NCBI RefSeq assembly: GCF_009914755.1
Contig: NC_060927.1
Length of the DNA: 64,000 nt
Reading direction: 5' to 3' (one strand)
From: the human T2T-CHM13v2.0 reference genome, Homo sapiens
A program made the translations under genes and the position numbers. Positions 38,290 through 51,510 of this stretch are shown here, in pieces; the first letter of the stretch is position 1, and every line of letters begins with the position of its first letter. The notes under the pieces are model-generated. The model ran no database searches. It had not been told where the DNA came from and worked only from the letters and a program-made list of their open reading frames with translations.

Positions 38290-38999
38290 AGATATTCCTG
38301 CATGTTTTCTAGTAACTAGGGTGGTGTCATATAATATTCTACTAAAAACTCATGTGAACAGTCATTTAACTCAGGACCACTATGGTTAATTATAAAGTAA
38401 AATATTGACTAGCATAATGCATTTTAGATTAAAACTTTATAACAAATTTTTATTATCAAATACTACTTGTTGAGTATTTATAATGGGTCAGATAATGGAA
38501 TAAACATTTTAAATGTAAAAGATTGTTAATACAAAGATGTAAATGGAAGAGCTTGTGGGTGAGAATAAAAATGGTACAGTCCTCTCAGAAGGGCCATTTG
38601 TTGGTGTTATCAGCATCCTAAATGCATGTGTCCTGTAATGGCTCACCTCTTCCTTGTTGCTTTACTAGAACTACATTCTATCTATGCTGTAGAAATATTA
38701 CCATATACACATAAGGCTGTATATGGTAATTGTAAGATTGTTTGTAATAAATAAAAATCAAAAGCAACCTAAATGTCAATTAATAGGAAAACTGTTATGT
38801 ATGTTTTGGAAATGCCATACATTTCCAAAATATCATATGGATATGATATGGAATATCATAGAACGATTTTGAAATGTGAGACAGATCTCTAAGGACTGAT
38901 GCGGAAAAATGTTCATGGCCAACTTTTTAAGTTTAAAAAACACACCCTTATTTTTGAAGTGTATGTAGAGCATATTCCTATGTTTTTGTTAAAGAAACC

Positions 39000-39002
<3 letters not shown>

Positions 39003-39042
<40 letters not shown>
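39003..39042. repeat. (TA)n microsatellite
   Basis: About 20 pure TA units. Confidence 0.95.
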
Positions 39043-39050
<8 letters not shown>

Positions 39051-39074
39051 ATCTGTAAGTGCATGTAAGTCATG

Positions 39075-39405
39075 TATTATGAACTGAGTGAATATTTGTG
39101 TCTCTCCAAAATTTATATGTTGAAGACCTAACCCCCTTTGGGAGATAATTAGGGTTAGATGAGATCATGAGGATGGAGTCCCTTGATGGGATTAGGGCCC
39201 CTATAAGAAAAGGATGAGACTAGAGCTCTCTCTTTCTATCATATGAGGGAAGCAAGAAGGCAGCCTTCTGCAAGCCAGGAAGAGAGCCTTTATCAGAATT
39301 CAACCATGCTGGCACCCTGCCTTCAGAACTGTGAGAAATAAATGAGTGTTGTTTAAGCTACCCAGTCTATAGTTTTTTTTAATAGCAACCTGAGCTGATG
39401 AAGAC
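39075..39405 (+). mobile_element. MLT1A-like MaLR solo LTR
   Basis: tttgtgtctctccaaaatttatatgttgaagacctaacccc...agaactgtgagaaataaatg...gctgatgaagaca. Confidence 0.75.
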
Positions 39406-42400
39406 AATATAGGATTCCGGATAGACTCTATTGCATGACTATCTGTAAGATGAGGTGGGAAGAGGGAGAAATTCTCCCTTTTCCAGCATACACTTCTTTA
39501 TTGTTTGAATATTTGTCAAGTACACATTACTTTTATAGTTGAAGATTGGGAGGAGGGAAGGAGGGGAGGAAAGAAGGAAGGAAGAAAGGAAGAAAGAAAA
39601 AAGGAAAACTACCACTCTGAAGGCCCAAAGTCCACATTGCTTTTTCATGAATTATTCTGTTTACCATTTGCAGAATATTAAGTTACCAATTCTAAAGCCA
39701 CTTCCTCCTTGGATGACCTTAAGGGGAAAAAAGAAAAAAGATACCCTCACATCCTCAGCTCCTCCTATAAAATAAATGGGCTTTACAGAAGAGACTATTA
39801 TGTTTTGTGAAGTATTTTCAAATATATCGTTGAAGGAAACTTAAACAGAATATTAAGTTGGAATTGGATTGCATTCCCCTTTGAAGGATTAGGTTCTAAA
39901 GTCATGCCTTTCCTGTCTACTATGTCCTTTTTTGTTTTCTTCTACATTAGAACCTAGTTGGAGTCCTCTAACGTGCTTATTTTTCTATTAAGCAGAGCCA
40001 TCAGAGTTCACCTGTTCCCTATTGTCTCAAAGTGTTTGCCCTTCATTTTTCCTTTAGACTATATATAGACTGTTTAATTTTGGTTTGGATCTTTAGAGAA
40101 ATTCCAAGAGACACTCTTGGTTCTAAAACATATAGAGAGGCTGGGTCTTCAGAAGTTTTCTCGTGGTTTTGGTGAAGGCTATAAATGAATGATTTATTTA
40201 TAGATAAATAAATCCATCCAAGATGGTTTGCAGATTGATCACATGAAAAGTTGAAAGAAAGAAAAACAAATCACAATATCAGACCTTAACTAACTCAAGT
40301 CCACAAATTGCAATTTTGAGGGGATCGTGTATAAAAATCTCTTTTAAGCAAAATTGCTCAAGTAATTCTTGTGTATCTTACTGAAGACTAATAGTTGGAA
40401 ATAAATTATCTGGTATTGATCACAAAAGCCCATGAATGAGACCACAAAGGCAAATATTTCTGACTTTCTGGTGAAGCTCATATTGGCATGCAAGCTTTGT
40501 CCATAAAATGTGTCCCTTGCTTATGATAGGATGTAGGGGTTATGAGTAAGACAAATGCCAGATGTGGGGAAGGATGTTCAAGTGTTGCAATGGGAGAGAA
40601 AGTTTTGGCTTAAGAAAATCTATAGAGTACCCTTCTCTCAAACAGAGGTACCAATATTATCTGTTCTCATACTTTGGTGAGCATCATAAGACTAATCACA
40701 TTTTATAAATTCTGTGAGTCAGATGTGCCCCTTTCTTTGGGCTCTCAGAGATCTCAGGCTGTTGCAGGGATTTCTGTTAGTGGTTTTGAACAGCTCTTAA
40801 ACAAAAATCAGGTTCCCTGATTCTAAGTAATTTTTATCTGTAATGGATTATTAGAGCTACAAAGAAATGCTCAACAAAACCTCCTATCCTTAGGGATTTA
40901 CAAATAGTGGAAGTGGTATAAGATGGTGAATGTCAGAAAAAGAAATTGTGGTTTATTTATTACAGTAAACCTCAAATTCATTTTCAGTTATCAAAAAACT
41001 ACAGAGGAAGAGTCTATGTCATATAAACAGATATTTATTTTTCTATTTTAAAAAGTTGTTTTAGGGAAAATTCCAAACATACTCAAAAGTTGAGAGAATA
41101 ATGCCATGAAGTTGAGTACCTGTTACCCAACTTCATTAATTAACAACACTCTGTCATTTGTTTCCATTTTTGCCCAATTTTTTTTTTTGGAGTATTTTAA
41201 GGAAACCCCAACATAATATTGCCTTACCCATAAATATTTCACTGTAAAAAAGACATTGAAAACAAAGATTAACCAAAAAATATGACTGTATATACATAAC
41301 AAAGTTTCATCTACTGACTTATTATTTGAAACCTCAAATTGTTTTATATTTTATATGTTGCCTCTACTTTAAAGTGAACAACATAAGATTATCATAAGAA
41401 CCATTAATAAAATAAGCTCTAAGATAATTTGTAAACTAATAGATGTTAAAGCCTCTTAAAAAGCAAAATTATACTCTATAAATGTTTACTTTTTAAACAG
41501 TTGTTTGTTTTTAAAAAAATAATACAGTCATGACACAACATACACATTTTTAAATTACTGCTGTTCATTAGCCAAGAAATAGTCAAGAACATTCAAAATA
41601 ATTTTAAATATTTGCTTATACTATCCATAATCAAGAAAAATATAGAGTTATCCATAAGATAATTACATTCATTTATTTTTTGTAATTCTCTTACCCAGTA
41701 AAGTCCTCAAAAATATGAAAGGTGCTTATTGGGTTTCATCCACTGAATTGTAGTTCTAATTAATAATGCATTAACAATCAGTTCAGTACTGAAAACTCTG
41801 TTTCAAAGTAGATGCTGACTATTGTGTTTCTCATTCATCTACTCATTTAGTTTAGAGAAGACTGACAGACTCAGCAACCCACTTGCAAATATTGGTACTT
41901 TCTTGTTTTTTCCCATACTTAAATGCAGTTCTCAAATGCTGACTTGTTCCAAGTCTTCTAGCCTGCAGTGATGACTTTGACCATTTGGATTTAAATAAAG
42001 CTGCTTCAACTCCCATAATGAGACTAGGAAACCCTGTGAGAAATTCCTTTTCCATCTCAATATTTCAGGGGATCTTTGTGGGATTAAAATTCATTATTAT
42101 GTCCTCTTGTTCTACTTCTCTGTGTCTACTGAGCTCCCAACTTTTGAGCATTCTGTTATTTTGCTGCCTACCATTATCCCATACTGGATACTGTCCAGAT
42201 CGTTTCACCTTCCAAAGGACCATTCTCACAAGACTGCATGATCAGGCAACTTTTACTGGTGTTTTGGGAGTAATTCAAGAATAATTATTTTATAACTGCC
42301 ATGATTGCCTTTGGCACATCCCTGTCCCCTGCACACCTACAGATGGCCAGCTCCACCCACAGATGGCCGTGGCATTCAGTTACTTTGCTGGGCATTTCCC

Positions 42401-43129
42401 TCTCCCTCTCTTGCCTAGATCCTTTATTGTGTCCCTGCCCTTGAAACTTAAATTTCTTACCTTCTCTGCTGAATCATTCAGTTCTCTTTGACTAACTTAT
42501 CTGATTGAGAGACTGTGCCTGAGTGCTTCACCTTTCGTATTTGGAAAACAGTTTTTCTAAACCCACAGCATATCATAGGGAGAAAAACATGTCATTCTCC
42601 CAGGAGATGGGGACTCTAGTCAGGTGCAGCTCAGGTGCACCTTTACATGGCAGTTTTTGCCTTCTTGGCTACAGATATTCTCATCTTTATTTTTCTCTCT
42701 TCTCTCTCCCTTCTTTATTCATCTCTCTCTTTATCAAACCACTCATCCATATACACAGTATAACTATATGTTTGAGTAAGGGCAAACTCACATACACATA
42801 ACCCTTCCTTGACTGTTCCTGAGCTCGCTTCTCCAGAAAGCACATAGGAAAATATGGTGTGGGCAAGTTAGGCTTCCTTGTAAATGTGGGAAAATTCTTG
42901 TATGGGTTGCTTCCCACATATGCCCCTCTGGATGATAAAGTAGATGGATTCTATGAAAATTGTTTCATTGCTGGGAAGCCAGTAAATTTTCAGAAGCCTT
43001 CACAGGATGATAGAGTCTGGAGACAGAGCAACAGAGAGAACCCAAAACAGACATCCCTTTACAACATGACCACTTTACTTTTGCTTTGTTTACATATTCT
43101 AAGACTGTAAGCTTATGTTTTTGTTAGCG

Positions 43130-43860
43130 AGCCAACTTAATTTTTTAATAGTCTTATCAAAATTTGATTCTACAGCATCCACTCATTGGCTTTGGGTCTA
43201 TTCTCTGGAGTCTTACAAAATAAGTTTATTCATTCTTTCAAAGAACAGCCTTTCAAATATTTGAAAACAATTCTAATTTCCCCATAAAGTCATCTCTTCT
43301 CAGGCTAAATATCTTTTGTTTCTTCAACAATTCCTTCTATTTTGTATCTTCCAGACCCCTTACCTTCCCTATTGTATTACTTTGGAGTCATTCCATTTTG
43401 TCACTATACACTCTCAAAATGCCTTATCTAGCAGAATAACTTGTACAAAACAGATGGATAAATGCCGAGAGAATTTAATTTAACCAAACATCATACTATA
43501 TCCAGTGCTGGGTCCATCTTTCATCTGGACATTACACTTTTATTAATACAACATAAGATTGCATTAGCTTTATTATAAATCACATTGACTTATAATGTAA
43601 TATCTCCTGACATTTTTCTTATAATCTTACATTCCTTCGTTTGCATTTGGTTATCTGATTTCCTGAATCTAAATGCAAAAATTTAAGTTTATGCTTATAT
43701 ATTTCATTTTGTTGGCTTTATCCCATCTTTTCACCCTTTCAAAACCTCAGAATTTCAATCTCATTATCAAAAATATCAGCTTTTCCAACATTAATTGAGT
43801 CATATATAAATGCATTGGGTTTAGGTTTACCTTTTGTCTCTATCCAAGGGTTTGATTGTT
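43130..43860 (-). mobile_element. L3/CR1 LINE relic
   Basis: cagcctttcaaatatttgaaaaca...tctcttctcaggctaaat resembles the CR1 3' region antisense. Confidence 0.55.
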
Positions 43861-44340
43861 AAGGTAAAAGTTCATTGCAGTTATGGACTTGTTACTCTTT
43901 CTTTGCTTCTGGCTCTGGCTGGCATTTTAGGACCACATGCCTTTTGGGAAGATTGCAGGATATGTATCAGATCTGATCATACACAAGCATCGTCAGCCAC
44001 CATGTGGCATCCGTGGAGTTGTCCTCCCAGCTTCCCACCTCTGTGTGTCTTTTAAGCATCCACATACACAGATTCTCACTTCTTCTGTCACTCAGTACCC
44101 CGAAGAGCACGGCCACTGCCATCTGTTTCCAGGCACCAGGCCTGGATGTTGCTGTGGTTGAAGCCTATAATTTTCCCATGCTGTGGTCTCTCCCAGGCTC
44201 TCCTGCTACTGCTATTTCCCTGAATCACCCAGGGTGCCAAAGCTCTGAGTGTTCAGCAGCAAAGTAGAGGGAGAATATCGGCTTCTAATTTGAGTGTTTT
44301 GTGTACCCTCTCATTTGACAATATTTTTGTAAAAATTGCT

Positions 44341-44720
44341 TGTATTAGTTTTTGTTTTTCATTGTGATAATGCTGTCCCACAGACAATACCAACATATGT
44401 GTGTTTTACAAAAATCAGCATTTAATTTTGACGATGGATTTATGGATTGGCTATGGCTCTGCTGGACTCGGGTGGATGGACTGAGCTTGTAGGCTGCAGG
44501 TTGCATTCAGATTAATCCATAAATCATCTACTTCGGCTTCAACAGTTACTTGGGGTAAGTGCTTCTGACAAATGGCAGTTCAAGAGTACTGAGTGGAAAC
44601 AGATAATACCCCTTAAGACTTCAGAATGCACTGCAACTTATGCTCACATACTATTAGCTCAAGCAAGTCACATGGCCAAGAAGTGTATACTCTAGTCATA
44701 GTCAGCCATGGCAAGGACAG
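44341..44720 (-). mobile_element. Old MLT1 LTR
   Basis: tgtattagtttt start; attagctcaagcaagtcacatggccaag motif. Confidence 0.6.
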
Positions 44721-44839
44721 GGAAAAATACATTTTGGAGACAAATCTTTCATTTTTATGTCTTTCCTTCACTTTCTTTTTATATGCTACATGAGTCTAGA
44801 GAAGGCAGGAGAAAATCCCTTTGATAAACACCATATTAG

Positions 44840-45424
<585 letters not shown>

Positions 45425-46019
45425 TTTTTCCTCTTCCTTTAAAATGTTTTCTCTTCCTGAGAGCATCCTAGCAGAGACCACAGCAGGGCCACCTCACCAG
45501 TTTACCAGGGATGCCCAAACCAGTTTGAAACTAGCATTAGGCATATTTATGCTCAAGTTGAGGAGGTTTTGTGTCCCTTTGATACATTCCGAATCAATCT
45601 ATTTATGGGAAGAGGTGAGACTCTATACAGTACAACTGTAAAGCAACTTCATTTTCTCTCTATCTGCCTCTTTTAACCTGCTCAGGGCAATAGTTCTTTT
45701 CCACTCTTTCCTCTAGGTTGCCAGCAGGTAGGGAGGAGAGGTAAGGGCTGAGAAAGTTTGTTTTTGGCTGGTACTAAGGAAATCTGGTATTTGTTTCTCT
45801 TGACCTTGGCAGGTATTTAAAGCTGAAATTTTGTCTTGCAGGAGCACCTGTGGGCATCTTTCCTCAACGCCCGGACTACAAATCTCTAACACGGTGAGAA
45901 CCTCTCCTGCGAATGGTTGTTTACTTATGCCCTGTGTTCCTTCTGCCAAAATAGCCCTACTTCTGGCTTGGTGCCCAAGGAGCCAGCCCTTTAGTGGGTT
46001 CCACATTTGGATTTGGACA

Positions 46020-46022
<3 letters not shown>

Positions 46023-46059
<37 letters not shown>
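46023..46059. repeat. (CA)n microsatellite
   Basis: Direct reading. Confidence 0.95.
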
Positions 46060-46060
<1 letters not shown>

Positions 46061-46084
46061 CGCTTTGATCTGCTGTCAGTGTTT

Positions 46085-46708
46085 TGTTGGAAATCAGAAA
46101 ATAATACCCCCAGATGAGGGCCTTAGAAACAGCCTCAGAAGCAAAATATTTTCTCTGATCTCCTTCTGTTCATCTGCCTCTCAGTCCCATTCTCCCATGA
46201 AACGAGCTGTAGAAGCTAGAACCTGTCTTCCTCAAGGCTAGTCATAGAAACTAGAACTCCTTTTCCCCCAAATCAGTCATAAAACCTAAAAATATCACCC
46301 TAACTTCCCTTCTACGTTTCTGTGTAAAAACTGGCCATAAAGAAAATTATCTGACTTACCTTATTTGATTTTAGATCATAAGACCCTCATTCCAGAGAAA
46401 ATGCTGCCCCATTCCCAGAAGGCCAAGAAGAATCTAGCCAGACAGGCCATCCTGGGTTTCCCCACTCAATCTGTTAGATCTTACTCTTTTTATCCAATCA
46501 TATTTCTACATGGCTGTCCATACTTTGTTGTACCTAAGTATAAAAATGGACAATTTCCCCTGCAACTTTGGGACTTCATTTTGAAGGCTGCTGTACACAC
46601 ATTAATTATAATTTTTATGCCTTTTTTTTCCAATTAATCTGCCTTCATGAGTTGATTTTTCAGCAAACCTTTTGAGGGAAAAGGAGAAGCTTTCCCTTCA
46701 CCCCTACA
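46085..46708 (+). mobile_element. ERV1 solo LTR (MER39/MER34-group-like)
   Basis: TG...CA ends (tgttggaaatcagaaaataataccc...cccctaca); 4-bp TSD-like gttt/gttc. Confidence 0.7.
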
Positions 46709-49700
46709 GTTCCCAGTTACTGCCTCTTTATTATTGTCACAGAGGGTTTTAGCTAGTACCATTTCAAAACTGAGACACCATTTTACTGTAAAACCTAAAT
46801 TCCGAAGGGCTACTTTGAATAGTCCCCAGGAAGTGCCTCTTCTCATGTGACTGAGGCCAGAGAAAAAGATTCTACTCTCTTCCCCTCTTGTTCCCTCCAC
46901 AAGGTGGGCAATGGTATAGGTAGAATGGAAAGGATATGTGAGGGAAACTGCTGCAGCATATTGATGATTTTCTCCACTGAGACTCTTCTGTATTCTTGTA
47001 ATCCCTCAAAGTGTGTTTGGCTGGCAATTGCAGAGCATGTTTTTGGGCTCTCCTTTTTCAAGCCTTTCATAAATGGTCTAGTGCCCTTATATTTTTGGAA
47101 TGTGGAGATACCTGCAATGTACTGTTGGCATCTCTTATTGTTAAATCTAGAATTTTAGGCTCTTTGAAGTGAGAGATCTGAATGTCTCACTCATTTCAAA
47201 AATGAGAAAGTCAAGTCTGAGAGAAGCAAAACAAATTTTCCAAGATCATGTACAGCTTTTTGCTATAAAAACCCTAAAGCTATGTACAATATGTGCTAAT
47301 AACCTATATTTTCTCAAATTTACCAACTTTAAAATGGCATAATTAAAAATAGAAGGTCAAGGGTTACTGTAAAGGTTAAAAAAGTTAATGTGTGAAAAAC
47401 TTTTAGCAGAACTTGGCACAGAGAGAACACTCTTCTACCTCTCCTTCTTTCTCCAAAGGTCTGTGTGGCCAATATTGAGAATACAAGCAAACAGAACTAA
47501 AAGTACCATCCATCACCAATCAATTTGGCAAAAATTATCTTTAAAGTTATAAGTCCTCATATTTTCAAAGAATGAGTTGTAGAAACCTTCCTTCCCTGCT
47601 GGTGGACGTCCAAATGGCAGCCTGATTTCTGCTCTGTCTATAACATCAAACAATTTAAGAAAAAGTTATATGTTCTAAAATAAGGGAAGGTTTTAAGGTA
47701 AAATTGACCATCCGTACAATGAAACATTATATGACCACTAAAAATGCATGGACAAATATAAAAAAATCATTAAATGAACAAAAGCAATTTTCAAAACTGT
47801 GGTATAGTATGGCATTAATTTTGAAAACAAAAAAAAAGAGATTTTGTATATTTTATTGCTGGAAGGATAAACCTAAGGTTATGAACTCCAGAGGTCATCT
47901 TCAGGTAGCAGGCTATTAGTGACTTTTATTTTTATTCTTATCTGTGCTTCTCAAACTTTGTACAATAAACATTTTTTTCTTAAAATGAAAAAAAGTATTG
48001 AGTGGAAGGTGATTGTGAAGTTGAAGAATAGTGCTAAACTTTAGCATGGCTCTTTCATCAGAATTATGCTCTGTTGGCCAGAGGAAGGCCTAACTCCACG
48101 GATGTGTGGAAGGCTATGCTCACTGTGTGATACTCTGCCCGGGAGCAATGGTGAAAATGTTGAGAATAAGAGATTCTTTTCAGCAGGAGCAGCTGTTCCG
48201 TCTGAGCATGAGCCTCCAGGGCTTCATAACATGCTCTGGAAACTGTTGTGTAAAGACAATAAATCTGACAAGAGAAATAAAGGAATGCTTTAAGTCAGTG
48301 AAACAGTTGGCAATGGTTGCTTATCTGGAGAGGTTGATGAGAAATAATAGACTCTCCACTCATTTTATTTTTCTTTAAAGATAGTAGGATAGAAAATGAG
48401 TTATGATGTTACAGGAAAATTGATGGGCGAGTGGACCAAGTCCATGCACTGTTTCCTTGATCTATAAGGGTAGAGAATGTCTCTCTCATGGGGGAGAACT
48501 TTCCCCTTGTTTTATTAGAAAAGCATGCAAACTATATAACCAGCAAATGTTCAAATATTCACATAATGGCTGTCAGATGAGTTCAGTGAGCTATCTAACA
48601 ATTTAGCAAGTTTGGTACTTCACTTTACTGAAGGCAGGGATAAAATTTCTATATTATATTGAATTTAAACATTGCTCACACTAAGAAAATAATGAAGGAT
48701 CAATGACAATTGAATTTCAAGGTATTTCTTTCAAACAAACAGTAGTTGAAAAGTTGAATTTGTAATTAAAATAAATATTCAAAACTCAGTACAAAAATTA
48801 AAGCTATTTACATACAGAAATAATTTATTTTTATTTGGCCTTTACATATGTGTGTGGGGGGATGTTCTTTTGGGGAGAAAAGGGAAGATGGTTATCTGCT
48901 GTTTCATATAATCCTATGGAAATAAAAAATGACACACTATATTTAAGCTCTGGTTATAATAAAATATAACTCTAGATATCACTTAGATGAATATGCTCTT
49001 CCAAATATGAAAACACTTGGCTCAAAAACTAGATTGTCAGATGGCTTCAATTGAGAGAAATCATGTCAGACATGTAATGTTTTATTAGGGTGTTTGGGGT
49101 AACCCCTGTGGTTATGACCTATGAATTGAGGTGATCACAGGTCTTGCAGACATGAAAGATTGGTATATTGGATCATTATGAGAGAGGTTTAGACTTCAGC
49201 TCTCTTGCAATATATTCTTATTTATAATGACTTAAATTGAGTAATTGTATCTACAGTATACAGATCTCTCATTTGTTAAAAGATTCATCACACAAAGGTT
49301 CCTGTTGAGTTCTGTTGCAAGAACCAATGTTTTACCAGTGCAGAGACAAGTGTATGCTCAATATTTTCTGTCTTGACCATGGCAATTAACTGCTGGTCTG
49401 TTGTCAAGTATAGGTCATAGCAGTGTCAGTATAAAGCAAGATTGTAACATGAATTCTACCCTGGAAAAAGCAATCCAAACAGGAAAAGGACATAGCAATG
49501 AGAAAGGCAGTGGAGAAATCCACATCTTTGCCAAGGGCAGTGTTTTTCTCAACCAGAGAAAAGATCCAGAACAATTGTCAAAGGAACACTATGGTTGGGA
49601 AGGAGAAAAGCAATAGAACAACTTGGCAGGCAATGATCACAATTGATTTGATGATATTTAAGTGGACACGTAACTATTAAAATGACACCTCATTCAGAAA

Positions 49701-51079
49701 CTTATCGAGATTCAGGCTTAAAGGCCAGGAAACTGCAAAGCTGTGATAAAGCTTTCACTACCAATAATTGCCCTGCTTTCAGCTAAAAGGCTGAAAGTGC
49801 ATCAACATTTCAGTTATTGGGTTTAATTTGTTAATATGCTTTCCAGACAAAAAGGCTTTTAAAGAATTCAGAACAATCTACAAGTTTTCTTCTTATAATA
49901 CCTTGCTTTAACCAATTTCAGATATAGAAAATTGAAATAATGTCCCCCATTAAATTCTCATTAATATTATCCTGACTTAGGGCATTCTATTGTTTTGGAC
50001 ACTTGGCACAGGAAATAAATGTGTTGACCACTGACCTATTACAATGAGGGTCAGATATACTTAAAGTTGACAATACTTTAGTTCCTATAGATTTATGTTC
50101 ACATTTAGGGTGATGAAATATTAATTAGACCCCCTTATCTCATGAAATGCTAGAGGAAAAATAGTAATTTTAAATGGTATTCATAGCTTCAACCGCGATG
50201 TAACTTATCAAAGACATCAATAATATATCAAAGAATTGAATATTAAAATAGTATTTTGTCCCTACAGAAAAGAAAACCTGTATTAAAAGCTTTGTAAATG
50301 TTTTAATTCTGCAAAAAAAAAATTCTTTGAGCCCTCAAGGAGAAAGAAGTTACAAAAAGACAAAGTATTTTTGATAACCATAGCCCATTTAAGGTCTATT
50401 AATGTACACCTGGTTAGTAATAAAATGTAAAAGTATTAATTTTGGTGAACTGCATGAGTTTTTGATATATCCTTAAGACTTTTTCCTTTGGTTATAAAAA
50501 GTGTGTTTGATAGTGGAAGAAAATTTTCTGCCACAATATATTCCTATCACTGAGACATAAATGGATGTTTTCAAGGTTTGAATTGAAAAATATGTTAATT
50601 CTCCAAGCTTTCAGATTTCAGGGAAGATTGTTATTGCCCAGAGAAGAACAAAGAAACTATTAGATTTTTTACACTCTTAAAAACTCAAAACTGTTCCATC
50701 ATTCAGATAAAGTCAGGGACTTCATATTCTCTGATGGAATGTTTTCACAGATAGATTATTCGTTTTTTTTAAAAAGCCTTACCAGGTGCTATGTTTTATA
50801 GTATTGTATGTGTTTTGACATGTGGTTAAGCTAATAAAGGGAGTTAAGGTGAGATGTAAATTTTCTCATTAATTTTTAAAATATAATTTCAGCACATTAT
50901 TTCTTTAAATTTGAACACTCCCAAGTGATTTACAATGTCCTGGCATATTAAGATTATTATGCTTTCAAAACATAATACATAGGCTGTGTAATAACATCAG
51001 ATATGAAGGGCTTATTGACATTGATGTATCTGTGTTTCATAGTAAACAGTGGGTAAAATAATACCTGGAGGCTTGTAAA

Positions 51080-51510
51080 TCTGTGTTTTTGTTCTCATGA
51101 GAAGCAGATTGTGAGGTGGAGAATTGTGTGCAGGAAGTTTAACAGGGAGTGAGTTCAAAAACAATACTTGTGGAAGAAGAAGGAAGCAGGATTGTCAGCA
51201 TGAGAAAATGGGCTTCAAGGTAGATACATCAAAGCTCTCAGATGATTCCACAACTCTGCAGGAGGAAAGGAATGGATCTACCAGGGTTATCCTGAATTGG
51301 GACAATGGGACTGGTCCCTCGTATCCAGACATCAGCCAGGTAGAGGATGTAGGCCCAGAAGCGGAGGTGCAATTGTTCATGAAGTGGCTCTTTTCAGCCC
51401 AGGGCAAGCTCCAGAAGAAATCTAGGTTGGGAGCAATCTTTCTTGCAGGTTCTGGGGTAATTAGTGCTTCAGTCGTGAAGGGGGTGCTGGGGGCAGTGTG
51501 CTGCAAGGAT
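51080..51510 (-). mobile_element. LTR16-like ERVL LTR
   Basis: gaagcagattgtgaggtggagaattgtgtgcaggaagtttaacagggagtg...; abuts an ERVL internal relic. Confidence 0.6.

Noticed and set aside
40191-40214. Palindrome gatttatttat-ag-ataaataaatc
   Set aside because: Low-complexity AT sequence; plausible by chance
45700-46075. CpG-retaining stretch with a TATA-like motif next to (CA)n, possibly a promoter
   Set aside because: Too few CpGs for an island and no supporting exon structure visible
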